Assembly: GCA_907165135.1 (NCBI GenBank)
Contig: OU015567.1
Span: 11,904,001-11,968,000, forward strand
Direction: 5' to 3'
Length of the DNA stretch: 64,000 nt
DNA from: Oikopleura dioica
Lineage: Eukaryota; Animalia; Chordata
Notes under the pieces: model-generated
Database searches by the model: none
Seen by the model: only the letters and a program-made list of their open reading frames with translations
What the model was told of the DNA's origin: nothing
Part shown: piece after piece, positions 50,564 to 62,900 of the stretch
Position numbering within the stretch: the stretch's first letter is position 1
Layout: the number at the start of each line of letters is the position of its first letter
Program-made: the position numbers and the translations under genes

Positions 50564-51814
50564 TCAAACCTGACTGCCCCGAAGAATAAGGCGTATTCGA
50601 ACTGTAGCTCTGACCGTTTTGATCGCTTTCTTCCATCTTCTTCTTGCTTGAACCTTTCTCAGTTTCTGTCTAACTCCCACTAGAAGTTTGACTTTAGTAT
50701 GCTGTGATGATTTGCGCGCTTGAAAATTTGACATTTTTGAGATGACTCTATCGATCGTTTCCATGAGTTCATGCTTCGTAACATCGTCTTTCTTATCTCC
50801 ACTTTCGCCCTAAATACTCTTTGATGACTTCAATCGAAGCAATAATGCATACAGTTATCCAAGGATGAGCTAGAGCATCAGAAGCGGACATTCGTTGATC
50901 GGGATGCTTGACCAACAGCTCTTTTATAAAATTCTTTCCTTCATCAGTTATGTCATCGAAAGGATTCTCATCCCCAAGTTCAAACGTCCAGTCCATCTTT
51001 GTTACTTTTTGGACAAATTCTAGGTCGGTTTCGAACTCAAACGCCATGTATCCAGATAGCATTTCGTAGCTGCAATAAAGTTAATATTAAGAAAACACAT
51101 TTCGAATCTTACGTCAGGCATCCAACAGCCCACATGTCCGTCCGGTCTGAAATTCTATCAAAATTAAGCTGCTCGGGCGCCATGTAACCGCGCGTTCCAT
51201 TCATGCAGCAGAAATTCTCATCGGGCGCGATTTTCCGCGCCAGTCCAAAATCAATGATTTTGATTTCTTTGTAAACGCCGTCTTTTCCCGAGACGACCAG
51301 ATTTTCGGGCTTGAGATCCATGTGCACGATTGAATTGTTGTTCAAATACTCGAGCCCGAGACAGACTTGTCGGATGAAGCTACTATTCGTTTGGTTTTTA
51401 AAAAATCAAAGTCATTTTTAAGTTTCGAGTTCGGAACCAAAGCTTATGGCAATTTCAGTAATATTGACGAAGACTTCTTCATCGCACATGATGTCGAACA
51501 GTTCCCGACCCTGTATGTATTCCATCACCATGTAGAGTCGTTTGGGAACTCCTGACGTAAAGTGCTGATACAGACGGACGATGTTTTTATGGTCAAGTCC
51601 CATCATTAGTTTGGACTCATCTTCCGCGGCTTGAGTGGAATTAGCAATTATTTTGGCCTACTCGTTAAAGTTTCATACCTTTTAGAGCAGTTCTAGAGCG
51701 AGTCAAAGTCTCCTTGATCGCAACCTGTTGATCCCCTTTTTCTGCCAGTAAAACTCTTCCAAAAGCCCCTTGTCCGAGTTCTCTCAAAATCTGATATTCT
51801 CCGATAAACTTCAT
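50564..51814 (-). CDS. Compact MLCK-like Ser/Thr kinase (CAMK group) with a C-terminal calmodulin-binding helix
   Basis: LGQGAFG, VAIK, HMDLKPEN, IIDFGLAR, GTRGYMAPE, DMWAVG, RMSASDALAHPW; tail ARRRWKKAIKTVRATVRI. Confidence 0.9.
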
Positions 51815-52579
51815 TTCTTCCTTGTTCTCTCTGAAATCTCTTGTTCTTTTTTTTTGTTATTTATCCTCCGGCAAATAGGAAAAAAATATATCCGGAATTC
51901 GACACGAGGCAAATAAAAGATTTTGCACTTATTTTACGAGACCTCGTTTCATTGAGCAAATTTGAACTAAGATTCCAATAGCAAAAGGAAATTCCTCGAT
52001 CTACTGAATTACGGGTAAGAAATTAAATGCCTACCCTCGAGGTCAAATATTTGACAGTCTTTATTTTTTGAAATCCAGCAAAAAATCAATTTCAAAATTG
52101 GTACAGTTACGTTTACCTCATTTTTATCTTAAAAAAAGATAGTTTCCTTCCAGGGGAATTCGTCTTGCCCCCTGGCGCGTTTATATAGAATTTTTATGAA
52201 TCATTATATAAAAAATCATTTGCTAATTTAATTTATCGCGCGCTTATCTTACCCCATTTTTAATATTTCTCTGTTGCGTATCAAATGAATGTCGAAGAAA
52301 AAACGGAATGGCAAAGCAATAAAGTTCGTCAAATTTCTGACAGAGGAGGAGGTTCAAGAAAAACAAACCTGCAATTTCGCGATTTTATGTTTTACCGTTG
52401 TCTAGAAGTGCAGAAAATAAAAACTTCAGTTTTTAGATAAATTGTTATCTCTATAGACTTGATGGATGGGTGCTAATCACCTCAGTGCACTGAGAATAAT
52501 TTAGACTTTTTGACGAGACAAGTTTATATTCGAAGAAATTTATTATCCGTTTTTATACAAAGCGAGAAAAGCTAATTAT

Positions 52580-52930
52580 TTATAGTTCAGCCAGAAGAAT
52601 CGTATTTCTCATGATCTCTTGTCGTCGCAATTTTCTTCGTCGTGACGCTATTCTAGCTCGTCGAATGGTTTCGTGGTAGCTCATGTCGAAATCGACGGTG
52701 ACATCAAGAGTAACTTGCTCCGTCGTCATCGAGAAGTCGGACGAGCTTTTTCGCCTTCTGAAGGAAGATTGGACTCGTCGTCGAACTTGTGGCGTGGAGA
52801 ATTTCTTCTTCAGGGAGAGTTTTCGGGAGAGCTGAGGGGTGAAGAAGTTGCGGGAGAGTTTTTCGGTCTGGATGCTGAAGGTTCTGCCGGAGGTTCGAAA
52901 AAGAGCGAGGAGTTTTGTCAACTTTGGCAT
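52580..52930 (-). CDS. Single-exon 116-aa Arg/Lys/Ser-rich ORF
   Basis: ATG-initiated ORF with tataaaaa about 20 nt upstream; basic clusters (RRRKSSS, SRRRKLRR). No homology recognised. Confidence 0.4.
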   Translation of the reverse strand: MPKLTKLLALFRTSGRTFSIQTEKLSRNFFTPQLSRKLSLKKKFSTPQVRRRVQSSFRRRKSSSDFSMTTEQVTLDVTVDFDMSYHETIRRARIASRRRKLRRQEIMRNTILLAEL

Positions 52931-53322
52931 CTTTTCCTTTGTTGTTTTTTATAATTGCAATTTTTGTTTCTGTTTCCCAAAAGCTCTTGGTTCTTATTTA
53001 TATGAGTGTCAGCAGGTGACCTGAAACAACGCTACTGACCTCCAGCGACGGCGAGATTAGAGAAGCAACTGCGTGTGCGCCAGTCGCAGCGTGCGACCAG
53101 GTGAAACTCCTTCTTTTGCGATTGCGATCTTTAATGAGCCTGATTGCTTTGAGTACGGCTGGAGACTTCTCTTTCCCGACAAAGGCCGATAGAGTCAATT
53201 TGATATGGAAAAAAAAAGATGTTTCTTAGATGGCAAACTTTGAGAAGGCTTTTAGGTCAGAAGCTTTAGATTTGCTCAGAGCAGACTGTATTGCTTTATT
53301 TTTGTTGTTTTCCTTCTTGTTT

Positions 53323-53602
53323 TCATAATTTATTATCAAATGATGTGAATTCTAAGAAGTCTATTTCCGTCAAGGATTTCTATAAGCATTGTTCGACACA
53401 CCAGACATTTGGCTTACAATTGGCGTGAAGCACGGTAATCCACCAATTCTTCCTACTTTGAGCTATTTTGAAATATTTATATGCCATTAATTCACTATCA
53501 TTCTTGTACCTGCGTGTAATAAGCAGCAATGAGACCAACAAAAGTGCCGATGAAAAAAATTACGATGGCGGAAACACCGTAGCTAGTCAGTTCCTCTGAC
53601 AT
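53323..53602 (-). CDS. Putative 64-aa single-pass membrane microprotein
   Basis: Exons 53602-53510, 53462-53418, 53379-53323 (47- and 38-nt GT-AG introns, all phase 0) give MSEELTSYGVSAIVIFFIGTFVGLIAAYYTQLKVGRIGGLPCFTPIKSLTEIDFLEFTSFDNKL*. Confidence 0.5.
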
Positions 53603-53813
53603 ATTTTGCTGATCCTCTTTTCCGATTTTTTCGAATTTGCGATTGCCTTGAATTAGCGTATTTACGTTTCACACGCCTGCTTCAAGAATCAAACAAATTA
53701 AAGAGTTTTGCTCTAAAATGTTTTATTTACAAAAATGGAAGTTGGAATGCAAGCGCCTTTTCTGGCAAGTTTGGCAGTTAGAATAAGTTAAAGTTGGTCT
53801 TCAGTTGGAGATT

Positions 53814-56800
53814 TTAGTTGCTCAGATTACGACTGTCAGGTTTTTGGCCATTTTTCTTCTTTTGCGACTTTCGAAGAGTCCCTAGAGGAAAATAAGCAAT
53901 GGTCAAGAGTCACTTTACAAACCGTGGATGAATCGTTCATTCTCAGCAAAATCAAGTGTCACATCGGCCATGTGATTTGACATTTTCTGCACCTTCTCTG
54001 CCGCAATTTTCTTGATCGTTCCGTCGGGGAAAATCACCATCGCCGCACTCCTATCGTCCGACTGCACACTTTCTGGTCGACTGCTGCAAGACATGAAAGC
54101 CTCACTGTTATCCCTAAAATAAACAGTCATTGAAAGCAGTAGCTGTGATATTTGTATAGATTAGGATTTATTTGAAAATCAGGACAAAAACGCCTTTGTT
54201 TAGTGATATCCTGCCATTTCAAGTTTTTACTTTGGAGAGGCTTTTTATTAAAACAATTCTCCATCGATATATAATCTCTTCTATTTATTACCTGTCTGAG
54301 CGATTTTCTGATTGTCCATCAATCTGATCTCGTGACTGAATGAATTTATCCTCCTTTGCGCTGCTTGCGACGGAATCCGATTTTTTCAACAAGGCGATTT
54401 CGAATTCAGAACCAGAGTTGCTCTGCCCAGCTGGTGGTAAGCGTTGCTGGGAGCTCTTGGCAAGCTCAAGATTTTTGGCCATTTCTCGCTGCATTCTTCG
54501 ACGAAGACAGCAGCAACAGATCGGGATAGCGATTAGGAAGGGGATGAGGACACCGATGATGATCGATAGTGGAGATCCTGCGTTTGCTTGTGTTGGGAGC
54601 GAATCATCTGGTTTATCATCTTTCAATCCATTATCATTTGATGTGATGAAAAACGACGATTGAAAAACGACAAAACGACGGAATGAGAACTCGACGACAT
54701 ATTCTCCTGCATCTGGTCGGTCAAGAACGTTGAGAATAAGAAGACTTCGATCTTTGTGATGTTGTCCTGGGAAAAGACTGGGGTCGACCTTTTCCCCATC
54801 AGCGCGGATAACTTTGAACTCGTCGAAAATCTCAATTTCCGATGTGTTGATCCTGATGCTTTCCAAGGTGTCGGCCGAAAAGTCGTTCTTCGGTTGGACT
54901 GGAACAAGACGAATGTCACAAGTGTCACTCGACCCTCCAGGGGTACATCGTCCCACAGCCGCGTCCCAGCCGCAGTCAACATCACCAATAGCTACACATG
55001 TTCCACACGTTTTATACACTTCGCACGATCGGAAATCCATCTTCAACAATTCTTCCTCCCCGCGGAGGATCAAGCTGTTCTGTGTCACTTTGAGTTGATG
55101 GATTTTTTGAAGACCCTGGGAAAGTTGGACGCGGAAATTTGGACTGACGATTGGGCTATTTGCGGGCTGCAGTTTTACAGTCAATTTTGACACCGAAAAC
55201 TGTTCATTTGTCTCCATCAGGGCTTAAATAATGTTATTTATGGTGATCACTCAAAGTGAGAGAATAACAAAAGCTCTCCCCCGTAATGAAGGGGAGCCCT
55301 GATCAAGAGCTTTGAAATATTGAAGATAATGGGCTAATGAGCTTACCAACGCGGAGTGCGTCTTTTTTGACGTCTGCGTCGAATGATTGGGCTTTTGTCG
55401 TCAAAAGCGCTTCTGAGGTGTAGTCCATCGCAGGTCTGCTAGAAGAGCAGGAAGAGCCAAAGAACTTGGAAAGCTCGCTCGTTCGAAACATGCAAAGAGC
55501 GGACTCATCGTACTCTAAAATATTCATTCGAAATTCATCGTGGAAACTCATGATTATGAATGTTTATTTGATAACAAATGATTGTCAAATTAGAAGTGCG
55601 CTCTATAAATCCACTTTACTCATCAAAGCGTCAATTCTAGTCATAATTAGAGAATCCTGCTTGTCAACCTAATCATCCTGCTCTCCCTACTCAGCGCCTG
55701 AGGGCTGCTGTACTCACTGAGTTGTAAAATCCCAGATGTTTGAATGTTTTCGCAAATTCTCAATTCCCCTAATCTCTTAGAACTTCCCCCAGGAGCGAAG
55801 TATTCCAGCGAGCGGGAAAAGAGCTTGATAAAGTGAGGCTTATCTAGCGAAAATTGCCAGCTTATCTGTTCCTCTCCCAGGTTTTTTATAAGATAGAAAG
55901 TTCAAAAAAGGCGGAAGGATGGAAAAGTGCCAAATTCAGCGCGCGGTAGGGATTTTTGGTTGACAAGGGCGGATGTAATTTACGGATAAACGTACTTGGG
56001 TTCAGGTTTTTAAGAGATTAACGCCCACAATACATTACTGTTTTATGCCAAATAGGAAAGGCCTCGCTCAGTTTACCTTGACTTTGAAGGAGCACCAAAA
56101 GCAGCTCTTCTTCATTATTCAAACGGAGCGTGCTCGCTTGAATGGGCTTCGAAAATCGGCAGTTTCGCTCTTTATCGCAGCACCGCAAATTTGCGCGGAC
56201 GACACTCGACCAGCTTGTAGGACTTTCGATCACAGGGCCTGAATAAAACTTGAGTCTCGATTTTCGAATTCATTCGCGGCTCAATATCAATACTTCAAAT
56301 GAGCACTTAGGCTATCTTGTTTAGTTAGTGAAGCTTGAAAAATACGAGATTTTATTCTCATCTTCTAAGTTCAACATTCAAAATTGGACGGTTGACATTA
56401 AGAAGTGATAATTTATATGATGCGTGAAATTTCGGACATAAGTTTGGACAAATTCCCGGCAGCGGTTTTTTTACAAATTTCGCTGTCAAAAAGAACCCTT
56501 GAGATCTCTTTGCTCTAAACTTGAGAATTCTATTTGCTTCAATAATAATCGCTCAAAGGATTTTTCTCACTTCACGTAGCTTATTTATCAAACAACTGTA
56601 AAAGAACGCTCTAACCTTGTTCTACTGAGATATTTCTAAATATACACTTTCGACCCTACGATGCCCTGTTTTATAAACAACCGGTACAGCAATTGGTTTT
56701 GTTGATTTTCGCCAGTGTGTTTTCGCAACAGCCTAAATTGGTTCGCCCCTTGAAAACTCAACCCGGCGCGAAATTGAAAGTTTACCCAAAAACTGGACCG

Positions 56801-58413
56801 GAAGCACCGGTCCTAATCGGTAACCACCGGTGATAGAAGTCGCTATCGACTATTATCGATTAGGGCAAATAAAACAACCAACCGCTCAAATCGGGGGTTC
56901 AGGATCAAAGAAGGCGGTTAAGGTCGTTGTGGTTGATTCTTGAGTTGAAAATTAATCACGGAGAAGGTTTCATTTGCGATATAGATAGCCGCGTGCGGCT
57001 TCTTCAGTGATACATGTGTGAGAGCGAAATAAAGATACAAATTTCGACAATCGAGGCCATCGCGAAGCATCTCAAGAGGCACGGTTGTTGTTTCAGAACG
57101 CACAAAAGCTCGCTGATCCGGAAAAGCAACGCGTCTCACCTTGAAGTTTGTCGTTGTTTACGCAAAGTTTGGCGATGAATGGGGCTCCCAAGGGATTCTC
57201 AGTGCCCAGCAAATAGGTCACTTCCTGTTCGTTAGCAGCGGCGTAGAGCTGCACCTGTGCTGGGAAAATTTCATCCAAAGGCTTATCAGAAATCGAGTAC
57301 GGCTTATCGCCTGTATTGACGAGCTCGAAGAGTCCAGAGTGATGGCCACGTGACACCTCGGCAACGGCTTTATTGGGTTCATAAATTTTGCTCTGAAACT
57401 GAGCGGTTTCATCCCTTTTTTACGCCGCGGCAGGGCGATAAAAACAAAGGGACAATTATTGGGTTGAGTATTTTTGTGAGACTCGAGCGGGGGACAGGTG
57501 CATCTTTGCGGAGAATAGAAGTATTCGGGTTATGGCGGGGTAATTGCTTTTAACATGATTTCGACGTTTTTATTCAAGAAATTTTCTTTGAAATTTCCTC
57601 TCTGCGGTTTCGTTGATTCGGTTTCTTCAGATCAAAATTTCAGTAATTATTGTAAAATTCAAGCCTTGCGGCTTTCTTTCGAGATAAATTAGAAAGATGA
57701 TGGATGGAGCCTAAATCTAAATCCGCCGTAACGCGATAATGTCCGATATTTTGTCAATGATTTATGCCCGCGAAAGTTGTTTTCAATAAAAAGAACCCTC
57801 CCTAAGAAACTTGAATCGCGACCAAGCGTTTTCACAAATCCGTTCGTAGCGCCTGATCCGTCGGAGATGAAATTATGAGCTTCGAAATAAGTGTTTCTGT
57901 ACTCGCACTTCGGCTGGGCGTAGTACGAGCCGCAGATGAGTTGGTCAGAGCCGACGGTAGATATGTGATGAATGTAGTTGGAACAGGCTTGGAGCTTTGC
58001 TCGAAGACAGCTGTTTTCGGCGAGGGATGAGCCAGGGAAATTGACTTCATGGAGCCTACAAATTTGACCATCAGTTTTTCGAAAGAAAATAGAAATAATT
58101 ATGTCCGAAATCCGCTCTAACAGCCCCGTGCGGTCTTTTTAGGGGGTGAAACCTATCAAAAAAAGCCTAACAGGCTAAAAATTTGTAAAATAATTAATAA
58201 GTTAATACTTAATATTATTAGAAAATTGCGTTTGACCTTAATTATAAATTTGAAAACGAACCTTGGTTGTAGATTTTCGAAAGATACAAAAGCATTTTTT
58301 CCATAAAGATAAAGATCGTCGTGATCTTTTGCAAGTTTGTAAAATTCGTTTTCTCCAAATTTGAAGACGCTTTGCAATGTGGCCGTGATATTGATAAAAA
58401 TGTCCGGCTTCAT
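53814..58413 (-). CDS. Divergent transmembrane semaphorin (Sema-PSI-Ig-TM-tail, class-4-like architecture)
   Basis: Sema motifs DLYLYGKN, CSNYIH...LICGSYYAQPKC, IAKLCVNND...SWSSVVRANLRC, SALCMF; PSI SCEVYKTCGTCVAIGDVDCGWD; Ig LLILNV...DAGEY; TM IIIGVLIPFLIAIPICCCL. About 8 exons; start at 58413 is plausible but the signal peptide is weak. Confidence 0.82.
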
Positions 58414-58800
58414 TTTCTTTTCTTCTTTTTTTCTTTCTTGTTTCTCTCTGGCTTATTTACGTTGTTTTCTGTTTGTTTTCTATCTCTCCTTCATAATTAT
58501 TGTTTGTCTTCAAATAAAAAGCGGCGGTTGTTCAATTTTCTTATGAGTGTTTCCCGTTTTACGAGCGAAAAACAAAATGTCAGCCGAGCTCTTATTTTCC
58601 TCTAGTTTTAGCTTTTTGCTTTGGTCAATTCATGGACGCGCAAATTTTGCGTCGCGCGATCTCTAGCGCCCGAGTTTCCGCGCTTTTTTCGCGCGTGACT
58701 GTACTCTCGGAGCAGGTGCGCCGGGGTCAGATTTGAAACGACCTTGTTTAGCGTTCTCAGACGTTTAAAAATAGATGCTATTCTGATGAGACTCACTCTT

Positions 58801-58821
58801 TCAGTGATGACTCATCACTGA
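58801..58821. promoter_or_regulatory. Perfect 21-bp palindrome centred on an AP-1 site (TGACTCA), about 390 bp upstream of the semaphorin ATG
   Basis: tcagtgatga-c-tcatcactga read directly; function inferred only. Confidence 0.4.
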
Positions 58822-59971
58822 TGAGTACTGAAAGACTTTAACGATCAAGGCTAAAATAATAATTTATCAGTGATAATTTATAATTCCAAGTTAGTTTTCG
58901 CCCTTTCTACCAGAGTAAATGACTTTCAAGTTGAAAGTTTCAACTGTAAATTGTCAGTTGTACGGTCTGTATTTTTGATGCCATTTTTCCTAGCATTGGA
59001 GAATGACCTTGATAATTTCTTCGAAAATTGGCCGAGCCTTTGATGGCACCGCCGGCAATTATATTCTGGCAAACGCGGAGCCAAGTGATGAAAGCCCTGT
59101 CCTTGTAAAATAGGTATCCAGGATTTACTACATCCAGCAGCTAAGAATTTAAGCACTTTGACAAGAAGACAAGGTCACATTTTCATTTCTGAAGATTTAT
59201 CTTTTTCTTTTGAGTGACGGGAAAATTTATGGCTGCCGTGAAAAACTGAGCATATCGGTGATTTTGATAAGGATAAGCTTGGGTTTTATGGTACTTTCAA
59301 ATTTCACACTGATATTCAATGCTGCTTCGATAGTAATTTGTACAGGTGGATAATGCTAATTGGCAAATTTTATGGACACTGTAAGTGAGCCGGAAAGCTC
59401 AGATTCCTCGCACGGATGGGCAAATTTTCAGACTTCAAAATTTTCAAAAATATCTAAACGGCCGCTTTTTGAAAAGTGGAAATTCGACCAGTCTCCAAAA
59501 CCACGTTTCAAAATATCAAAGACCTATTCTTTATTATTACGGTTTGGCCATTGAATAAAGAGGAAATCCTCACAAAGAAAGTTCCGCGTGAAAAAGACCG
59601 ACCTTCGTTCCTTGCGTACGTCGCCAAGTGGAAATTTATTATGCTTGCGAAATAAAGAGAACTTGTTAATTATTAACCCCAGGCCACCCGGTCGATTGTT
59701 TAAACCAGCTTTCTTGGCTGCCGTGTTATTCAGCTGTGGATCATTATTTTGCATATTTAATTTTTTTCTTGTTTTCTTCGTTGATTTCAAAATAAGCTGG
59801 AATTATGAATGCTTGGTTAGCTTTATTGCTAAAGAAAACCTTTGGTTTGGTTTTGAACTGATGTACCAGTAGAAATACAGTGCTTCAAAGTAAAAAGGAG
59901 TAAAAAATGATCAATTTAGGGGGTTTTTGTCAGATTTTATGTACAGTACAAAGGACAGGTGTTTTTGTCAT

Positions 59972-62900
59972 TTAACCCTTGGTCTTCTTCTTCTTGTTTT
60001 GCTTGCCGGTTTCTGAGGGTAGGACGCAAACGTCAGCCTTGTGTTCCCACTTGCAGACATAGCCTGGAGCGCGATTTGGAGTTGGCTGACAGGAGCATGA
60101 GGCCTTTTGGCTGTTGGTCTAGAAACGAAGGTAGAACTCAAAGTTTGATCTACTGCTTTACCTTTTTGATGGATCCATCTTTTGAGATTCCGAGAACAAA
60201 TCCGGCATCACATTGAAGAGTACATTCGACCTTGGTCTTGGGAATAGCGACTCCAGTTGGGCAGCTCTTGAACTCCTTACCCCATCGAGCTTGAAGGATG
60301 GAGCCAGCCTGAGCGAGGGAAATTTCGCCATTGGAAAATTGTCGGGCACGCGCCATTTGTTTCTTTTCAGCCTTGCTTGTTGCAATGTACTGGCCATTCT
60401 TGACTGGTCGAAGTGGTGGACACATCATTCCTAAAACGCATGAATACTTGTTTCTGAGAAAATAACTTACTGTTGCAATGAGTCTTGATCTTGCCCTTCC
60501 ATGTGCACATTTTGGCGATCTGTCCGTTGACATCTTTACGCATTCGGCAGCCACATTCCAAATCGAAATCTGGGCTGACTTGCATAGCTCGGACGGCACT
60601 AGGTCCACAGATAGCGAAACAGCGAGTACCTTCGCTGACTCCATCACCTTGGCAGTTCCAGCCGACCTTGCCTGACTCGGTAAGTTTCTCTTTGCCTTGA
60701 TCATAGATTGGCGATTCTGGTAAGCAAGCTTGGACATTCTTTCCCTTGACTGGTGGACAGGTTCCATATCCCCAGCCGCAGTCAGGGTGATCCTTCTCAG
60801 AGTCGTCACCACCCTTCTTTTTCTTGTTCTTTTTGTCCTTCTTTTTCTTGTCCTTTTTAGCTTTCTTATCCTTCTTCTTTTTGTTCTTTTTGCCCTTTTC
60901 TCCTCGATCAGCAGACTCATCAAACTCGGATCGGTCTTCTTCAGGAGCAGCTTCAGTTGCGGCTTCAGTGGGCGCTTCAGTAGGAGCCTCAGTTGGAGCT
61001 TGAGTGGCTTCAACTTCAGCGACAGCTTCGGTAAGATCATCGGTTTCAGCTTTCCAGACGACTTCTTTAGGAGAAGTAATGACAACACTTCCGTCGTTTT
61101 CGAAGTTCTCTGGGACGCAAACACTGATTGGTTTGATCCAAGTCTTTGAGGATCGGTCGCACACGGCGTCCTTGGCACCATCAAGTGGTTCAAAGCCTGC
61201 AAAATTGTTAGATTTCATCCAAAAAGATTATGAAAGACATACCTGAGTCACACTTAAGCTTGCATTTTCTGACACACTCCTTTCCAAGAGTCTCGTCGAT
61301 ACAAGCAACACTCCAGTTGCAGATGTATTGACCATTCTTGACATTAGGTGTCTGGCAATCAGCTTGTCTCTCTGGAGCCTGAAGTTTTACGCACTGCGTT
61401 GGTGGACTGGTGACGACTCCATCCTTGCAAGCCCATTTTGCTTTGCCTTCTGGAACATGACCAGCCTTGCACTGAAGTCGGCACGTGATCTTGCCATCTT
61501 TCTCCTCGCAGTTCTTATACGCACCGTTCTTGACTTTACCAGGTTTTCGCTGGCACTGGTCGACGATTTCTTTCTTTGGTGGTTGTGGTGGTGGCTCAGG
61601 AACACTTAAATTGACATTATTAAAGATTTTTTTCATTCAATTTTACCATCGGTGGACGCTCTTCGAGTAAGGCTTGATCCATTCAGTATCTGTTTGTCGA
61701 CAGCCGATCTTGACAGAGTTCGCCTGTTTAGGAACAAATCCACTGTTACATTTCATCTGGCAGACGAGGTAAGTGGTCGACGCAAATCGAGCAAGTTGGT
61801 TACCCCACTGGGCATCGGTAGATCGTCGCTTTCTGCTTTCTTCATGATCAGGCACAATATCCCAAAGACCTCGCTCAGCAACTTGAGACATCGCCTTATC
61901 AAATTGTTAAAAAAGTAATTTTTCAAAGATTTCATACTTGTTTGTTGTAGTTGTTGAACTCTTCCTCCTCTTCCTCAGAAATCGAGACGAATTCTTCACC
62001 ACGCATAGCTGCTTCGTTAGTGGTAAGTTTACATTTCCATTTGCCGTTGTCAAGAGCTTGTGGAGCAACACAGCTGACAGTTTCGCGGCCACCATAAGTA
62101 GCCATGCAAGTTCCTGGGACGACTTCCCAAATTCCGCTGTCCATATTACAGATAGCCATTGTGGAACCCTTTTCAAAAGTTATTTCAGAGAAGAGATGCG
62201 TTTCATTTCTACCTGCATAACGTAACCATTGTTACAGGTGGCAGTACATCGCCTGAAACCGACAGAGTTGTAGTCCTCGTTCTTTTGGTTCTTTTTCTTC
62301 TTTCCGCGCTCTTCTTCAACAGATCGTCGCTCAACAGTCCTGAAAATAAATTTATTTTGATCAAGTCATTCTTATCTTACTTGAGAGCTCGCTCGAATTC
62401 TCCCTCTCGTCGTTCTCGGTTCTTTGGGTGATTGAAGCAAGCAATTCCATATTTCTCTGGATCACAAGGAGCTTCTTTGCACTTCATGTTCTTTTGAACT
62501 TGGAGTGGATTCTTTCGGTTGTAATAAACACCATCTCTGCAGATGATGATAAGCTCTCCGTGCCATGGACGGAAGTTTTCTGCGCACTTGATCATGCAAA
62601 GCACTTGGCCGCTTGAAGATTCTCGGCAATCCATAACACCACCCTTGACTTCATTGATAGCTGGAGAAAGCTCACAAGCGCCGGTAGCGCCGACAAGCGT
62701 TTTTGGATCAGGAGTTGGAACAGTAAACTTAGGATTAGCAGTTGTCTTGACTGCCTCAACTGGTGCCTTTTCTTCTTCGCTGTCGTCACTTTCGGACTTC
62801 ATGTAGTTAGTGTCGGCGGCGATGTAATCTTCGCATTCCACATTACCGTTGTCAAGAGAAGGAACATTCTGGCAAGTAGCGACTTCTGGGACACAGTTGG

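Noticed and set aside
58783-58840. CTGATGAG...GAAA as a hammerhead ribozyme
   Set aside because: No arrangement gives a stem III with the required U-H cleavage site; the topologies I tried all fail.
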